NCBI GenBank assembly: GCA_963765495.1
Contig: CAVXWP010000007.1
Span: 288,001-352,000, forward strand
Length of the DNA: 64,000 nt
Direction: 5' to 3'
Source of the DNA: Blastocatellia bacterium
GTDB lineage: Bacteria > Acidobacteriota > Blastocatellia > UBA7656
Shown here: in pieces, positions 8,791-18,027 of the stretch
Position numbering within the stretch: the stretch's first letter is position 1
Layout of the letters: each line of letters opens with the position of its first letter
The notes under the pieces: model-generated
Database searches by the model: none
The model's input: only the letters and a program-made list of their open reading frames with translations
What the model was told of the DNA's origin: nothing
Translations under genes and position numbers: made by a program

Positions 8791-10022
8791 TGCCAGCGAA
8801 ACAGCTTCAGCGCGAGCGCGAAACTGATCAATGTCCATATCATCATCACGCCTATTTGCGGCCAGTTTGACGTGAGCGAAGCGCCTTCGTTCATAACCGC
8901 GCGCAGCGAATCGTTTAATGCCGTAAGCGGCAGCGCCTTGATAAAAGGCTGAAAGATTTCTGGAAAGCGTGATGCCGAAAAAAATGTCCCCGAAAGCAAC
9001 CACATCGGCAGCATTACCAGATTCATCAATCCCGAAACGCCTTCAATCGTCTTCGGGCGCGAAGCCACAAGCATTCCTAGCCCCGCAAACGTCAACGCCC
9101 CCAGGAGCGAGAGGATCGCGAGAGACAGTACCGAGCCGTGAACCGAAACCTTGAAAACGATCCACGCAAACCCGATGACCGCCACTACCTCAAACGCCAG
9201 AAATACCAGACGCGAAAACATGAAAGAGAGCAAAAAATGCGACCTCTTCATAGGAGTGGCCGCTAGCCGTTTGAGCAGCTTCCGGGTTCGCGCCTGCACT
9301 ACCGCAAACCCCAGCCCCCACATGCCGCTTCCCATCAAGTTCATGCCGATCAGGCCGGGGATCAGGAAATCAATATATCGTGCGCCCGGCTCGGTCACGG
9401 TTTCATCGCTTATTTGCGCGACATCAGCGCGTCCGAGCGCGCGTTGGAGCGCGTCATCAACCGCCATTCGCGCCATCCTGCTTTCGGGCCTCGTAGGGTC
9501 AAACCTGTAATCGAAATCAGGGGCCGGCTGGTCTGTTTGAGAACTGGTTTCATTTCCATTGGTCGAGTTTTGAATAGCTGTCCCGGCATTTTCCTGGCCC
9601 CTGGCCCCCGGCCCCCAGCCCCCTTCGAGGGGGCTCACAACGAGTGCCACCTTGCCCGTTCTGAGTGCCTGCGCCGCCGCTTCGGGCGTCAGCACCACAG
9701 CCTGAAGGTCGGGTGATTGGGCGAGTTTGTTTGCTATGTCGCTTGCCGTTGCCTCGCTCGATTCGCTTTGCTCGACGGCGATGCGTATCTTTTGGGGCGT
9801 GGTGTTGCGAAAGGCTATACCAAGCGCAAATGCGAGCAGTATGGGAAAGACGAATACCCAGAAGACCGCCTCCGGCTCGCGCCCGAATTCGCGTACCCTC
9901 GCAAGCGTCAACTCGATGAGCGGGTGCAATCGTTTGCCGCTTTTCTGCTTCTCTGTCCTTGAAGCGGGCGGCCTCGTGTCGGCTCCAATGTCTGTGATCA
10001 ATTCATCCTGAACCTTAGCCAT
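8787..10022 (-). CDS. ABC-2 type exporter permease
   Basis: REPEAVFWVFVFP, YIDFLIPGLIG, LKRLAATP, LSGTFF; about 6 TM plus a large periplasmic loop. Confidence 0.92.
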   Translation of the reverse strand: MAKVQDELITDIGADTRPPASRTEKQKSGKRLHPLIELTLARVREFGREPEAVFWVFVFPILLAFALGIAFRNTTPQKIRIAVEQSESSEATASDIANKLAQSPDLQAVVLTPEAAAQALRTGKVALVVSPLEGGWGPGARGQENAGTAIQNSTNGNETSSQTDQPAPDFDYRFDPTRPESRMARMAVDDALQRALGRADVAQISDETVTEPGARYIDFLIPGLIGMNLMGSGMWGLGFAVVQARTRKLLKRLAATPMKRSHFLLSFMFSRLVFLAFEVVAVIGFAWIVFKVSVHGSVLSLAILSLLGALTFAGLGMLVASRPKTIEGVSGLMNLVMLPMWLLSGTFFSASRFPEIFQPFIKALPLTALNDSLRAVMNEGASLTSNWPQIGVMMIWTLISFALALKLFRWQ

Positions 10023-10974
10023 CGCGTAGCATCCTCCCTGTCATGCTCACGAAAACATCTTCGAGCGTAGCCTGATGCGTGGTCAAAGTGATCAGCTCTG
10101 CGCCCTGGCGACTGATCTCTGCGAGCAGGGCGGGCAGCGCCGCTCCTATTTCTGAAACGGTAAGCAGATAGCCGCCGTTTCGCTCGCGCACTCCGCGCAC
10201 GCCTGAAAGCCCTGCAAGAGGCGCATCTTCAAGCCCTCCCTTGACGCTGAATTCGACTATCTGATCTGCGCCGAGCGACGCTATCAGTTCGGCGGGCGTG
10301 CCCAGAGCGATCATCTTTCCGTGATCCATTATCGCAATGCGGTCACACAATCGCGCCGCCTCTTCCATATAATGAGTGGTCAGTAAAATCGTACCGCCCT
10401 CACCCTGAAACTGCTCGATTATCTCCCAGAGCTTTAAGCGCGCCTGCGGATCGAGCCCCGTCGTAGGCTCGTCCAAAAAGAGCAGATCGGGATTGCTGAC
10501 AAGCGCGCACGCTACGGCAAGGCGCTGCTTCTGCCCGCCTGAAAGCTTTCCCACACGGCTCTTTCTTTTCTCTTCAAGTTCTACGGTGCGGATCACGTTA
10601 TCTACATCTCGCCCGCGTTTGTAGAAGCTGCGGAATAATCGAATGGTCTCTTCTACGGTCAGCTTGTCGGCAAGCTGAGTCTCCTGTAGCTGAACGCCGA
10701 GCCGCTGGCGCAGGGCCTGATCGTTGCCCGCGCCCCAGCGAAGCCCGAGCAATTCGACCGTGCCGCCATCAGGCGCATTTAGCCCTTCGAGTATCTCTAC
10801 CGTTGTGGTCTTGCCCGCGCCGTTCGGTCCCAGCAGACCAAAGCATTCGCCCGAGTACACTTCCAGGTCAAGGCCGTTAACCGCCGTAACATCTGCGTAG
10901 CGTTTGACCAGATTTGTGCATCGCAATGCGACCGATTTTGCGCGAACCTCAGAGGCTGTATTGGTTGATGTCAT
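10015..10974 (-). CDS. ABC exporter ATP-binding protein
   Basis: GPNGAGKTT Walker A, LSGGQ signature, LFLDEPT Walker B, TTHYM H-loop. Confidence 0.96.
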   Translation of the reverse strand: MTSTNTASEVRAKSVALRCTNLVKRYADVTAVNGLDLEVYSGECFGLLGPNGAGKTTTVEILEGLNAPDGGTVELLGLRWGAGNDQALRQRLGVQLQETQLADKLTVEETIRLFRSFYKRGRDVDNVIRTVELEEKRKSRVGKLSGGQKQRLAVACALVSNPDLLFLDEPTTGLDPQARLKLWEIIEQFQGEGGTILLTTHYMEEAARLCDRIAIMDHGKMIALGTPAELIASLGADQIVEFSVKGGLEDAPLAGLSGVRGVRERNGGYLLTVSEIGAALPALLAEISRQGAELITLTTHQATLEDVFVSMTGRMLRDG

Positions 10975-11011
10975 GATAAAACTTGCCTGAATAACTGTGG
11001 GTTAACAATTG

Positions 11012-11053
11012 AAAAAACGGCCCGGCATCTGTGCGCCTGACGACCGCGAACCG
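11012..11053 (-). terminator. Putative attenuator/terminator in the ABC operon leader
   Basis: Minus strand cggttcg...cgggccg stem followed by TTTTTT, about 40 nt before the ATG. Confidence 0.5.
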
Positions 11054-11063
11054 AGAGCAGGAT

Positions 11064-11084
11064 TTAACGAATCAATGCTTTCAT
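11064..11084 (-). CDS. Putative leader peptide MKALIR
   Basis: AAGGAG-7nt-ATG AAA GCA TTG ATT CGT TAA upstream of the ABC operon. Confidence 0.5.
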   Translation of the reverse strand: MKALIR

Positions 11085-11247
11085 CGGGCTTCTCCTTGTT
11101 TGTCTCATCCTACTACGAAGCGCCGTAGGTGACAAGTCGGCGTCAAAAGTTTATCATCACTGGACTGAGGGCGACCGCGCGATGTAGGCTAGTGATGACT
11201 TGTGATTCGGACAGGGCGGGATTGCCCGGTGGGAGCGTCCTTTTCAT

Positions 11248-12342
11248 TTGGCTAGAGAGAGCAATCAACCCAATTTCGAGCAAGCGCTCGGCGAAAACGT
11301 GCCGCTCGCGCCTTTTACTACGCTCGGCGTAGGCGGCCCCGCGCGGTACTTTGCCGAGATAACCGACTCTGAAATGCTTCGTGTAGCCGTAGCCTGGGCC
11401 AGATCGCAAGCCCTTCCTGTATTCGTGCTTGGCGGCGGCAGCAATATCGTAGTGGCCGATGAAGGATTCCCCGGCCTTGTTCTGCGTCTGGCGACTCGCG
11501 GAACAGATGCTCGCGTCACAGATGAAAAAGTTGTCCTTACAGTTGGCGCGGGCGAAGACTGGGACTCGGTGGTCGCCGAGTGTGTGTCCAAAGACTGGGC
11601 CGGGCTGGAATGTCTTTCCGGTATACCGGGCCGCGTCGGCGCTACGCCTATACAAAATGTAGGCGCGTACGGACAGGAGACCAGCGAGACATTTGCTTCG
11701 CTCGAAGCCCTTGACCTTCGCACCGGAAAGCTCGTAGAGATGAGCGCAGATGAATGCGAATTCGGCTATCGCACCAGCCGCTTCAAGACGCGGGATCGCA
11801 ATCGGTTCATCATTACCAGAGTAACTTATCATTTGAGCGCCGATGGAAAGCCCTCCATACGCTATCTCGATCTTCAATTATACTTCACGGGCGGCGGGAT
11901 AAAATCGCCCCGGTTGAGTGATGTGCGCGAGGCTGTGCTCGCGATACGCCGCAGCAAAGCGATGGTCATAGACATGGCCGACCTGGATTCGCGCAGCGTG
12001 GGCTCTTTTTTCGTAAACCCCATCGTCACCCGCGAAGCGTTCGAAAAGATAAAACAAAGGGCTGACAAATTTGCCGACGGTAAACAGATGCCTTCGTTTG
12101 CGGCTCCGGGCGGACGCGTGAAATTGTCCGCCGCGTGGTTGATTGAACACGCGGGCTTTGAGCGCGGATACGTATACGGCAACGTCGGCATTTCCAATAA
12201 ACACGCGCTGGCCATTATCAATCGGGGAAATGGAACGGCCCGCGAAATCCTGGAATTTGCCGGTAGAATAAAGCTTCGAGTGCGCAACACCTTCGGAGTA
12301 ACCCTTACACCCGAACCCGTCTTTGTCGGCTTCGACAGATGA
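11248..12342 (+). CDS. murB: UDP-N-acetylenolpyruvoylglucosamine reductase
   Basis: LGGGSN, LSGIPGRVGATPIQNVGAYG, FGYRTSRFK, SVGSFFVNP, HALAIIN, PEP. Confidence 0.97.
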   Translation: MARESNQPNFEQALGENVPLAPFTTLGVGGPARYFAEITDSEMLRVAVAWARSQALPVFVLGGGSNIVVADEGFPGLVLRLATRGTDARVTDEKVVLTVGAGEDWDSVVAECVSKDWAGLECLSGIPGRVGATPIQNVGAYGQETSETFASLEALDLRTGKLVEMSADECEFGYRTSRFKTRDRNRFIITRVTYHLSADGKPSIRYLDLQLYFTGGGIKSPRLSDVREAVLAIRRSKAMVIDMADLDSRSVGSFFVNPIVTREAFEKIKQRADKFADGKQMPSFAAPGGRVKLSAAWLIEHAGFERGYVYGNVGISNKHALAIINRGNGTAREILEFAGRIKLRVRNTFGVTLTPEPVFVGFDR

Positions 12343-12425
12343 AGAGTGATGCGTGATGCGTGAGACATAAAACCCCTATTGAACTGCTCCCTGATATTCA
12401 ATCACGCATCACTCTTCACGCTTCA
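12340..12425. repeat. Inverted heptamer arrays (GTGATGC / GCATCAC)
   Basis: tgaagagtgatgcgtgatgcgtga ... atcacgcatcactcttca between convergent murB and vWA stops. Confidence 0.85.
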
Positions 12426-13697
12426 TTTGAGCGGCTTACTCTGACGAGCAAGATTATATCGCTGATAAGACATCTTCTTGCGAGCCATCTTGATGTCGCC
12501 CTCGTTTGAAAGCTCCGCCTCCAGATCGTTTAGCATGCCAACCTGTTCACGCACTTCCGTATCGGCCATGTAAGGCGCGCAGGATTGAGCCAGATTCTGA
12601 AGCGTCCCGGTGACGATTGCTCGGGCCGCCACTATGTTTCCGCTATCAAGCTGGTCCATAGCCTCGCGCCGGGCGCGGGCCGACATCAATAACTGGACTG
12701 CCTTTACCACCCGTTCATCAACCGGATGCCGCTCGACCTCATCAATTCCGGCAAACTCGATTGAGATGGTTTCAAGCATCACTTCTCGACTGTTGGAATG
12801 CTCTCCCTGTTGATCCCACGCCAGCCTGACATCGAGTATCTTATATCGCTGGCCCGCCGATTTGGCCGGTAATTTCAGCCTGACGACTACATCTATCGCC
12901 GCTCCTGCCAGCAGGTTTGGCAGTTTATAGCGGCCCGTATGTGTTACTTCAAAATCATTCAACACGTCCTGAACCCTTACCCCGTCCGAAGGGGTAAGCC
13001 CGAGGCTCACCGTGTGTCCAACCTGTGCGATCAATCCTTCCATCTCGGTTGCGAAAATTCGCTCCATGTCCGAAGGCTTCTCGACGTGCCAGGCATTGCC
13101 CCGACCCGCCTCGGCCATGGGGATGAGAAGGTCTTCGTTGAAATCACTGCCTATGCCTATGGTCGAAGTGCTGACGCCGCGAGCGGCCAGCTCTCCAGCC
13201 TGCGAAACTATACGATCAACATTGGTCTCGCCGATATTTGCCAGACCATCGGTTATCAGCAGGACACGGTTGATCGCTCCCTCACTCAAATGCTTGCTTA
13301 CTTCCATGCCGCCACGCACCCATGCCTCGTGAAGCGCCGTAGAGTTGCGGGAGCGTATGTGCATCAAGCTTTCCTTAATCGCCTCACGATTTTCCGCCGT
13401 CTGGCTCGGAACCAGTACCTCTACTACATCATCGAATATGACTACGCTTACGCGGTCTTCGGGCAAGAGCTGGTCAATACAATAGGCAGCCGCCTGCCGC
13501 GCTCGCGCTATCTTCTCGCCCTGCATGCTGCCTGAGCGGTCGAGCACGATACTCAGATTCATCGGGGGCCGTTTTTTCTGGCCGTGGGGCGCAGGCGGCG
13601 TGATGCGGATCAGAAAATCGGCTGTCTGCTCTTTGCCCGCCCGAAAAACGGGGCGCTCCGTAATCACATCGACATCGGGTCTGTTGGTTGCTCTCAT
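12423..13697 (-). CDS. vWA domain protein (YfbK-like, cytoplasmic)
   Basis: MIDAS DRSGSM, STAL, LITDGLAN, GIGSDFNEDLL; no signal peptide. Confidence 0.92.
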   Translation of the reverse strand: MRATNRPDVDVITERPVFRAGKEQTADFLIRITPPAPHGQKKRPPMNLSIVLDRSGSMQGEKIARARQAAAYCIDQLLPEDRVSVVIFDDVVEVLVPSQTAENREAIKESLMHIRSRNSTALHEAWVRGGMEVSKHLSEGAINRVLLITDGLANIGETNVDRIVSQAGELAARGVSTSTIGIGSDFNEDLLIPMAEAGRGNAWHVEKPSDMERIFATEMEGLIAQVGHTVSLGLTPSDGVRVQDVLNDFEVTHTGRYKLPNLLAGAAIDVVVRLKLPAKSAGQRYKILDVRLAWDQQGEHSNSREVMLETISIEFAGIDEVERHPVDERVVKAVQLLMSARARREAMDQLDSGNIVAARAIVTGTLQNLAQSCAPYMADTEVREQVGMLNDLEAELSNEGDIKMARKKMSYQRYNLARQSKPLK

Positions 13698-13706
13698 TCG
13701 AATTAC

Positions 13707-14339
13707 TCACTTTCCAGCCTCTCGGCTATGAACTTCGATCTCACTTAATATTCTGCGCGCCAGGCGTTGACGGTCGCGACTGTCGTCGCTCAACATAAAA
13801 TCTTCACGGATATGAAGCTCAAATCCCGGCTCGATTTCGATGCGCTTCCAGGTAGCCTTTAACCCGGCGGGCGCTGGAGCTTTGCGGGCGGCCGGTGTCT
13901 GCGCGCGGGCTTCAGGCGCTTCGGGTCTTGAAGACCTGACCAGAGATTCCAGATACTCCATCGCCGGATTTACGGATTCCATCACAGCTTCGCCCGCACT
14001 TCCTATGCCTACCAATCGCTCAAGCTCTGTTACGCTTTTTCCTTCGACCAGTTCCTTGATTGTCTTTATCGAAAGATGATCTGCCTGTAGCCGCTTTACA
14101 GCCAGCAATTGCAGCAGATGAAGATAGCCGTAAACGGCCGATGTGCCCTGTTTGCCTTCGGGCGGAGCTATCAGCCCTTCGGTGCTGTAATAACGCACCA
14201 TCCTCTCATCCGGCACTTCATTGACGCTGCCTCGCTCTTGCCGGGGCACGAGACGGCCTGTTAAATTGGCTGCCTCGTTTGCTAACTCTACTGCTCCTAA
14301 ATACTTACGCTCTTTTAAGCTCTCTGGCCGGTTTTCCAT
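13707..14339 (-). CDS. MerR-type HTH regulator without a classical effector domain
   Basis: ERMVRYYSTEGLIAPP...YGYLHLLQLLAVKRLQ..LSIKTIK; C-terminal WKRIEIEPGFELHI. Confidence 0.88.
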   Translation of the reverse strand: MENRPESLKERKYLGAVELANEAANLTGRLVPRQERGSVNEVPDERMVRYYSTEGLIAPPEGKQGTSAVYGYLHLLQLLAVKRLQADHLSIKTIKELVEGKSVTELERLVGIGSAGEAVMESVNPAMEYLESLVRSSRPEAPEARAQTPAARKAPAPAGLKATWKRIEIEPGFELHIREDFMLSDDSRDRQRLARRILSEIEVHSREAGK

Positions 14340-14348
14340 ACAAGACCC

Positions 14349-14389
14349 AGTTTACTGTATACCTTAATTACTGTCAACAGCATTTACTG
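14349..14389 (-). promoter_or_regulatory. Sigma70 promoter TTGACA-17-TAAACT overlaid by three TTACTG direct repeats
   Basis: -35 at 14377-14372, -10 at 14354-14349; TTACTG at 14352, 14368 and 14384 (16-bp period). Confidence 0.8.
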
Positions 14390-14449
14390 GGAAGATAAAA
14401 TTTGTTTTAGTGGGGGTGTGCAGAGTGAGGAAAATCTGCTAATATATAA

Positions 14450-14535
14450 GTGACAGCAAAGCACTGTCATCTCTTCTCCAAGAGTGAGCGGAATGGTGGA
14501 GGGCGACCGATGTGCAACGGTCACCCTCATTTTTT
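14450..14535 (+). ncRNA. Candidate small RNA (about 85 nt)
   Basis: TGnTAATAT extended -10 at 14437-14445; hairpins gtgacag/ctgtcat and ctctt-CTCC-aagag; 11-bp stem gagggcgaccg/cggtcaccctc with T tail; no + strand CDS upstream. Confidence 0.5.
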
Positions 14536-14678
14536 ATACCCTCGATTCACCTGACGTGATAATTTATGATCGAAGTTTGCGGATGATGAGTTGACCGGCC
14601 GAATCTTTATACGGGAAATAGATTTGGCCGGGACAGGCCCGGCCTTGAAGAATTCTATGCTTACCTTACAGTTTTGAC

Positions 14679-15257
14679 CTACAGCAGTTTCTTTATATCT
14701 TCTTCGAAATTCGACATAGGACGCGCGCCTATATATTTTCGAACCACAGAGCCGTTTCGGTCGAGCACATAAGTGGTTGGTATTCCCTGGCTCACGTCAT
14801 ACTCGCCAAGCGCTTGCGGGGTGCTGACCATAAATATCGAATAGTTGATGTTAAAGCTTTGCATGAAAGGAGCCACGGCTCCGGCTCCTCCGTTGGGACC
14901 GCGCGGCGCAATCGGGTCAATCGAGACGCCTACCACTTCGAGACCCTGATCGCGGTACTTATTTTGAAGGGCGATAAAACCGGGTATCTCAGACCGGCAC
15001 GGTCCGCACCAGGTCGCCCAGAAATCGAGTATCACAACTTTGCCTTTATAGGTTTCCAGACTCTGCCGGATGTTGTTTGTTGATAGTGGCGTAGGCGATA
15101 CGGCTATTGGAGCCGTGCTGGCGGTGTTGTTGCTTACGGAGTTGCCGCCCGACATCAGCGCGAACCCTCCGATTACGACTATAATGCCAACGGCCAGTGC
15201 GATTATCAGAGGGGCGCGGCTCGTGCTCTTCTTTTTATTTTTCGATGTAACTGCCAT
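14679..15257 (-). CDS. TlpA/ResA-like membrane-anchored thiol-disulfide oxidoreductase
   Basis: N-terminal TM; GKVVILDFWATWCGPC; cis-Pro GIPTT. Confidence 0.93.
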   Translation of the reverse strand: MAVTSKNKKKSTSRAPLIIALAVGIIVVIGGFALMSGGNSVSNNTASTAPIAVSPTPLSTNNIRQSLETYKGKVVILDFWATWCGPCRSEIPGFIALQNKYRDQGLEVVGVSIDPIAPRGPNGGAGAVAPFMQSFNINYSIFMVSTPQALGEYDVSQGIPTTYVLDRNGSVVRKYIGARPMSNFEEDIKKLL

Positions 15258-15472
15258 AATTCTCCTTCAAAAAATGATTGCCTTCTGATGAATCGGGGGC
15301 AATCCTTCATCAAGTGCCTGGATTGATCGTAACACTTTTTAGCGACCGTCTGTTAGATAACCAGGAAAATACCAGCATTATTCCATATTTTACCAGCCAC
15401 AGAGCCTCTTTTAGCGAAAGAAATAAGAGAAATAGGGTCTGCCCTACTTTGGGCATTCAACCGCTCACCTGC

Positions 15473-16120
15473 TTATATTACGCGTTTACGCGAAGGAGCG
15501 CGCGCCTTTGTAGCCGGATGACCGGGTTTCTCCTTCATTCTTACAGGTTGCAGTCCCGAATGTCGGCGCTCCAGAATTATCCGACATACGACGAGCGCCA
15601 GCAATCTGTGTATAAAGCGCGCTTCGCGTCTCATCACAGGCTCAACTCTTATGCGCACGGTCGTCTGTGTACGCCGCCGCGTGTCAAAGCTAAAACTCAT
15701 CAGCGTCGTGGCGTAAAACTGTTTGTTGACGCTCATGGAAATCTCTGATCTCAACCGGCTGCGATAGGACCTGAGAAGGCGAAAGTTATCGCCTTCGGCC
15801 ATCTCGACTCTCAACCCTGCTTTGTTGGGGTTGGCGCGGGCGCGCTCCACAAGAAATGATTCGCTGCCTTCGCTCGAAATAATAGCGATTCTCTTATCGA
15901 GCGGGCCGACCTTGATATCGAATCTCTCAGTTTCAGTCTCATAGACAGCTCGGCGCATTCCCTGCCATCGAAGCCGTCCGATTATACGACCGTCTACCGT
16001 AAATATGTGCCGCGCATTGCTGTGCCCTTCGCGTCTGACCACGATCTCGCCTTCTCCCATAAAATCGCGCTCAAAATCTTGATTTGCGTGGGCGCTAAGA
16101 ATTTCTATTTTCGCTTCCAT
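15473..16120 (-). CDS. Hypothetical protein, Arg-rich and beta-rich
   Basis: 215-aa ORF filling the gap, co-oriented with neighbours; no recognised motif. Confidence 0.7.
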   Translation of the reverse strand: MEAKIEILSAHANQDFERDFMGEGEIVVRREGHSNARHIFTVDGRIIGRLRWQGMRRAVYETETERFDIKVGPLDKRIAIISSEGSESFLVERARANPNKAGLRVEMAEGDNFRLLRSYRSRLRSEISMSVNKQFYATTLMSFSFDTRRRTQTTVRIRVEPVMRREARFIHRLLALVVCRIILERRHSGLQPVRMKEKPGHPATKARAPSRKRVI

Positions 16121-16125
16121 AATAA

Positions 16126-16230
16126 GTGATTCGTGATTCGTGATTCGTAATTCGTGACTGTAGGAGAGGCCGTTTGATAAAGATCATTGGCAAGCCTGCT
16201 CGAATCACGGATCACGGATCACGAATCACG
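16126..16230. repeat. Inverted heptamer arrays (GTGATTC)x4-5 ... (GAATCAC/GGATCAC)x4
   Basis: gtgattcgtgattcgtgattcgtaattcgtga ... cgaatcacggatcacggatcacgaatcacg. Confidence 0.92.
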
Positions 16231-17260
16231 CTCCTATATAACGCGCATAAAGACCTCGCGCGAGGGCCGGGTCCGAGGTTCCCCGGATTATGCTGCGAGC
16301 ATCGCGAAACACCGTTATGTCGTAGCCGTTCACGCGAAAACGCAGCAGGAAATCATTAAAGGCGACATCGCCCAGCGGTGCGAGTCTGTCGGCAAGCGCC
16401 TGAAAATCCAGATTGGCAGAGCCTCTGCCAGTGATTTGCACAGCGTCCCTTCCGCAGAGCGTTGTCGTCACCTGACGGGCTGCGCCCTTCAGATATTCGA
16501 ACTCGTTTAGCCCACAGGCCGGACACTGGGAGCGATCCTGAAAGGTTTCAAGATTGAGCCGGTTGATTTGAAAATCCCAGACATCAACTCTTATCAGCGA
16601 GTGATGCAGACTGTCGGTGTGGCCTGTGAGCAATTTTATCGCTTCGGCCGATTGGATTGAGCCGATTATGGAGACAATCGGCATTATCACCCCCGCCGTA
16701 TCACAGGTCGGACCCGAACCGGGCGCGGGCATCGCTTCAAGCACGCAGCGAAGGCAAGGCGATCTGCCGGGCAGAATGGTCATCGTCAAGCCGTATGACC
16801 CCACTGCCGCGCCATAAATCCACGGCTTGCCCGTTTTTATGCAAGCGTCATTTATCAAAAAGCGCGCCTCGAAATTATCCGTTCCATCAAGGACCAGATC
16901 GGCTCCATCGATTATCTCTTCGACATTACCGAAACTCACATCCGTGACCACGGGCTCCGCTTCAATATCGGAATTGACTCGCCCTATGCGCCGGGCTGCG
17001 GCTACGGCCTTTGGCAGGCGGTCGCGCGCATCGCTTTCTTCAAACATGATCTGGCGCTGGAGGTTGGATTCTTCAACAAAATCTCTGTCTACGAGCCGGA
17101 GCTTTCCCACGCCTGCGCGGGCGAGAGTCTCAGCCTGAACAGCGCCGAGCGCGCCGCACCCTATGATGACTACCCGCGACCGGGCTAGACGGTCCTGACC
17201 CTCTTCGCCTACACCCTCGAAAAGCACCTGGCGCGAATATCTCTCATGCATATCCATCAA
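16226..17260 (-). CDS. ThiF/MoeB family adenylyltransferase
   Basis: [35 protein letters not shown] and CPAC Zn motifs; start may be 17254. Confidence 0.93.
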   Translation of the reverse strand: MMDMHERYSRQVLFEGVGEEGQDRLARSRVVIIGCGALGAVQAETLARAGVGKLRLVDRDFVEESNLQRQIMFEESDARDRLPKAVAAARRIGRVNSDIEAEPVVTDVSFGNVEEIIDGADLVLDGTDNFEARFLINDACIKTGKPWIYGAAVGSYGLTMTILPGRSPCLRCVLEAMPAPGSGPTCDTAGVIMPIVSIIGSIQSAEAIKLLTGHTDSLHHSLIRVDVWDFQINRLNLETFQDRSQCPACGLNEFEYLKGAARQVTTTLCGRDAVQITGRGSANLDFQALADRLAPLGDVAFNDFLLRFRVNGYDITVFRDARSIIRGTSDPALARGLYARYIGA

Positions 17261-17503
17261 CGCTTCATCGCTCCGGCTATCGACAACCGGCCTGAGAATA
17301 TCCGAGGCCGATTCTGGAAAGAATCATTCTACACGACGGCACCGGGGGCGGAAACCCGCTGCGTCTCGGTGTCGCTCTCAATCTCCTAACAATGTTGCGC
17401 ATACGTTGCACCATCGGATATAGTCTTTCCCGGATGGAGTGAGGGCTAACCGCTCACGGAGGCGCGATCCGTACTATATTTCGTGCGCCCACTCCTGTTT
17501 GTT

Positions 17504-17965
17504 ATGGCTAGCGAAAAAGTAGCGGCGACTAACCGAGAAGCCTACTTCAATTACCACATACTCGAAACCTATGAGTGCGGCATCGCGCTCACCGGCACAG
17601 AAGTAAAATCAATAAGAGAAGGGCGCTGCAATCTTAAAGACAGTTACGGCCAGGTGCGCGAGGGCGAGGCCTTTCTGCTGAACGCGCATATAAGTCCCTA
17701 CTCTCACGGCAATCGCGAAAATCATAACCCCACTCGCACCAGAAAATTGCTTCTGCACAAACCTGAAATAGAGCGCCTCTTAGGCAAGGTGCAAGAGAAG
17801 GGGCTCACGCTCGTCCCTACGAAGATGTATTTCAAGAACGGGCGTGTAAAGGTTGAGCTTGCGGTTGCAAAGGGTAAGAAACTCTATGATAAACGCGAGA
17901 CCGAGCGGAAGCGAGAGGCTGACCGCGAGGCCCGCGCTGTGATGAAAGAGGGATACCGCCGATGA
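17504..17965 (+). CDS. smpB: SsrA-binding protein SmpB
   Basis: NREAYFNY, GIALTGTEVKSIR, RKLLLHK, GKKLYDKRE. Confidence 0.98.
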   Translation: MASEKVAATNREAYFNYHILETYECGIALTGTEVKSIREGRCNLKDSYGQVREGEAFLLNAHISPYSHGNRENHNPTRTRKLLLHKPEIERLLGKVQEKGLTLVPTKMYFKNGRVKVELAVAKGKKLYDKRETERKREADREARAVMKEGYRR

Positions 17966-18027
17966 CGGTCGATGGATTGCAAGCCCTGCGCTTGCTGTTT
18001 GAGATTAGAACTTAAGAGGGAGATGAG

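Noticed and set aside
17260-17500. tmRNA or tRNA next to smpB
   Set aside because: No GGGG 5' end, T-loop or CCA acceptor pattern seen; only a short hairpin.
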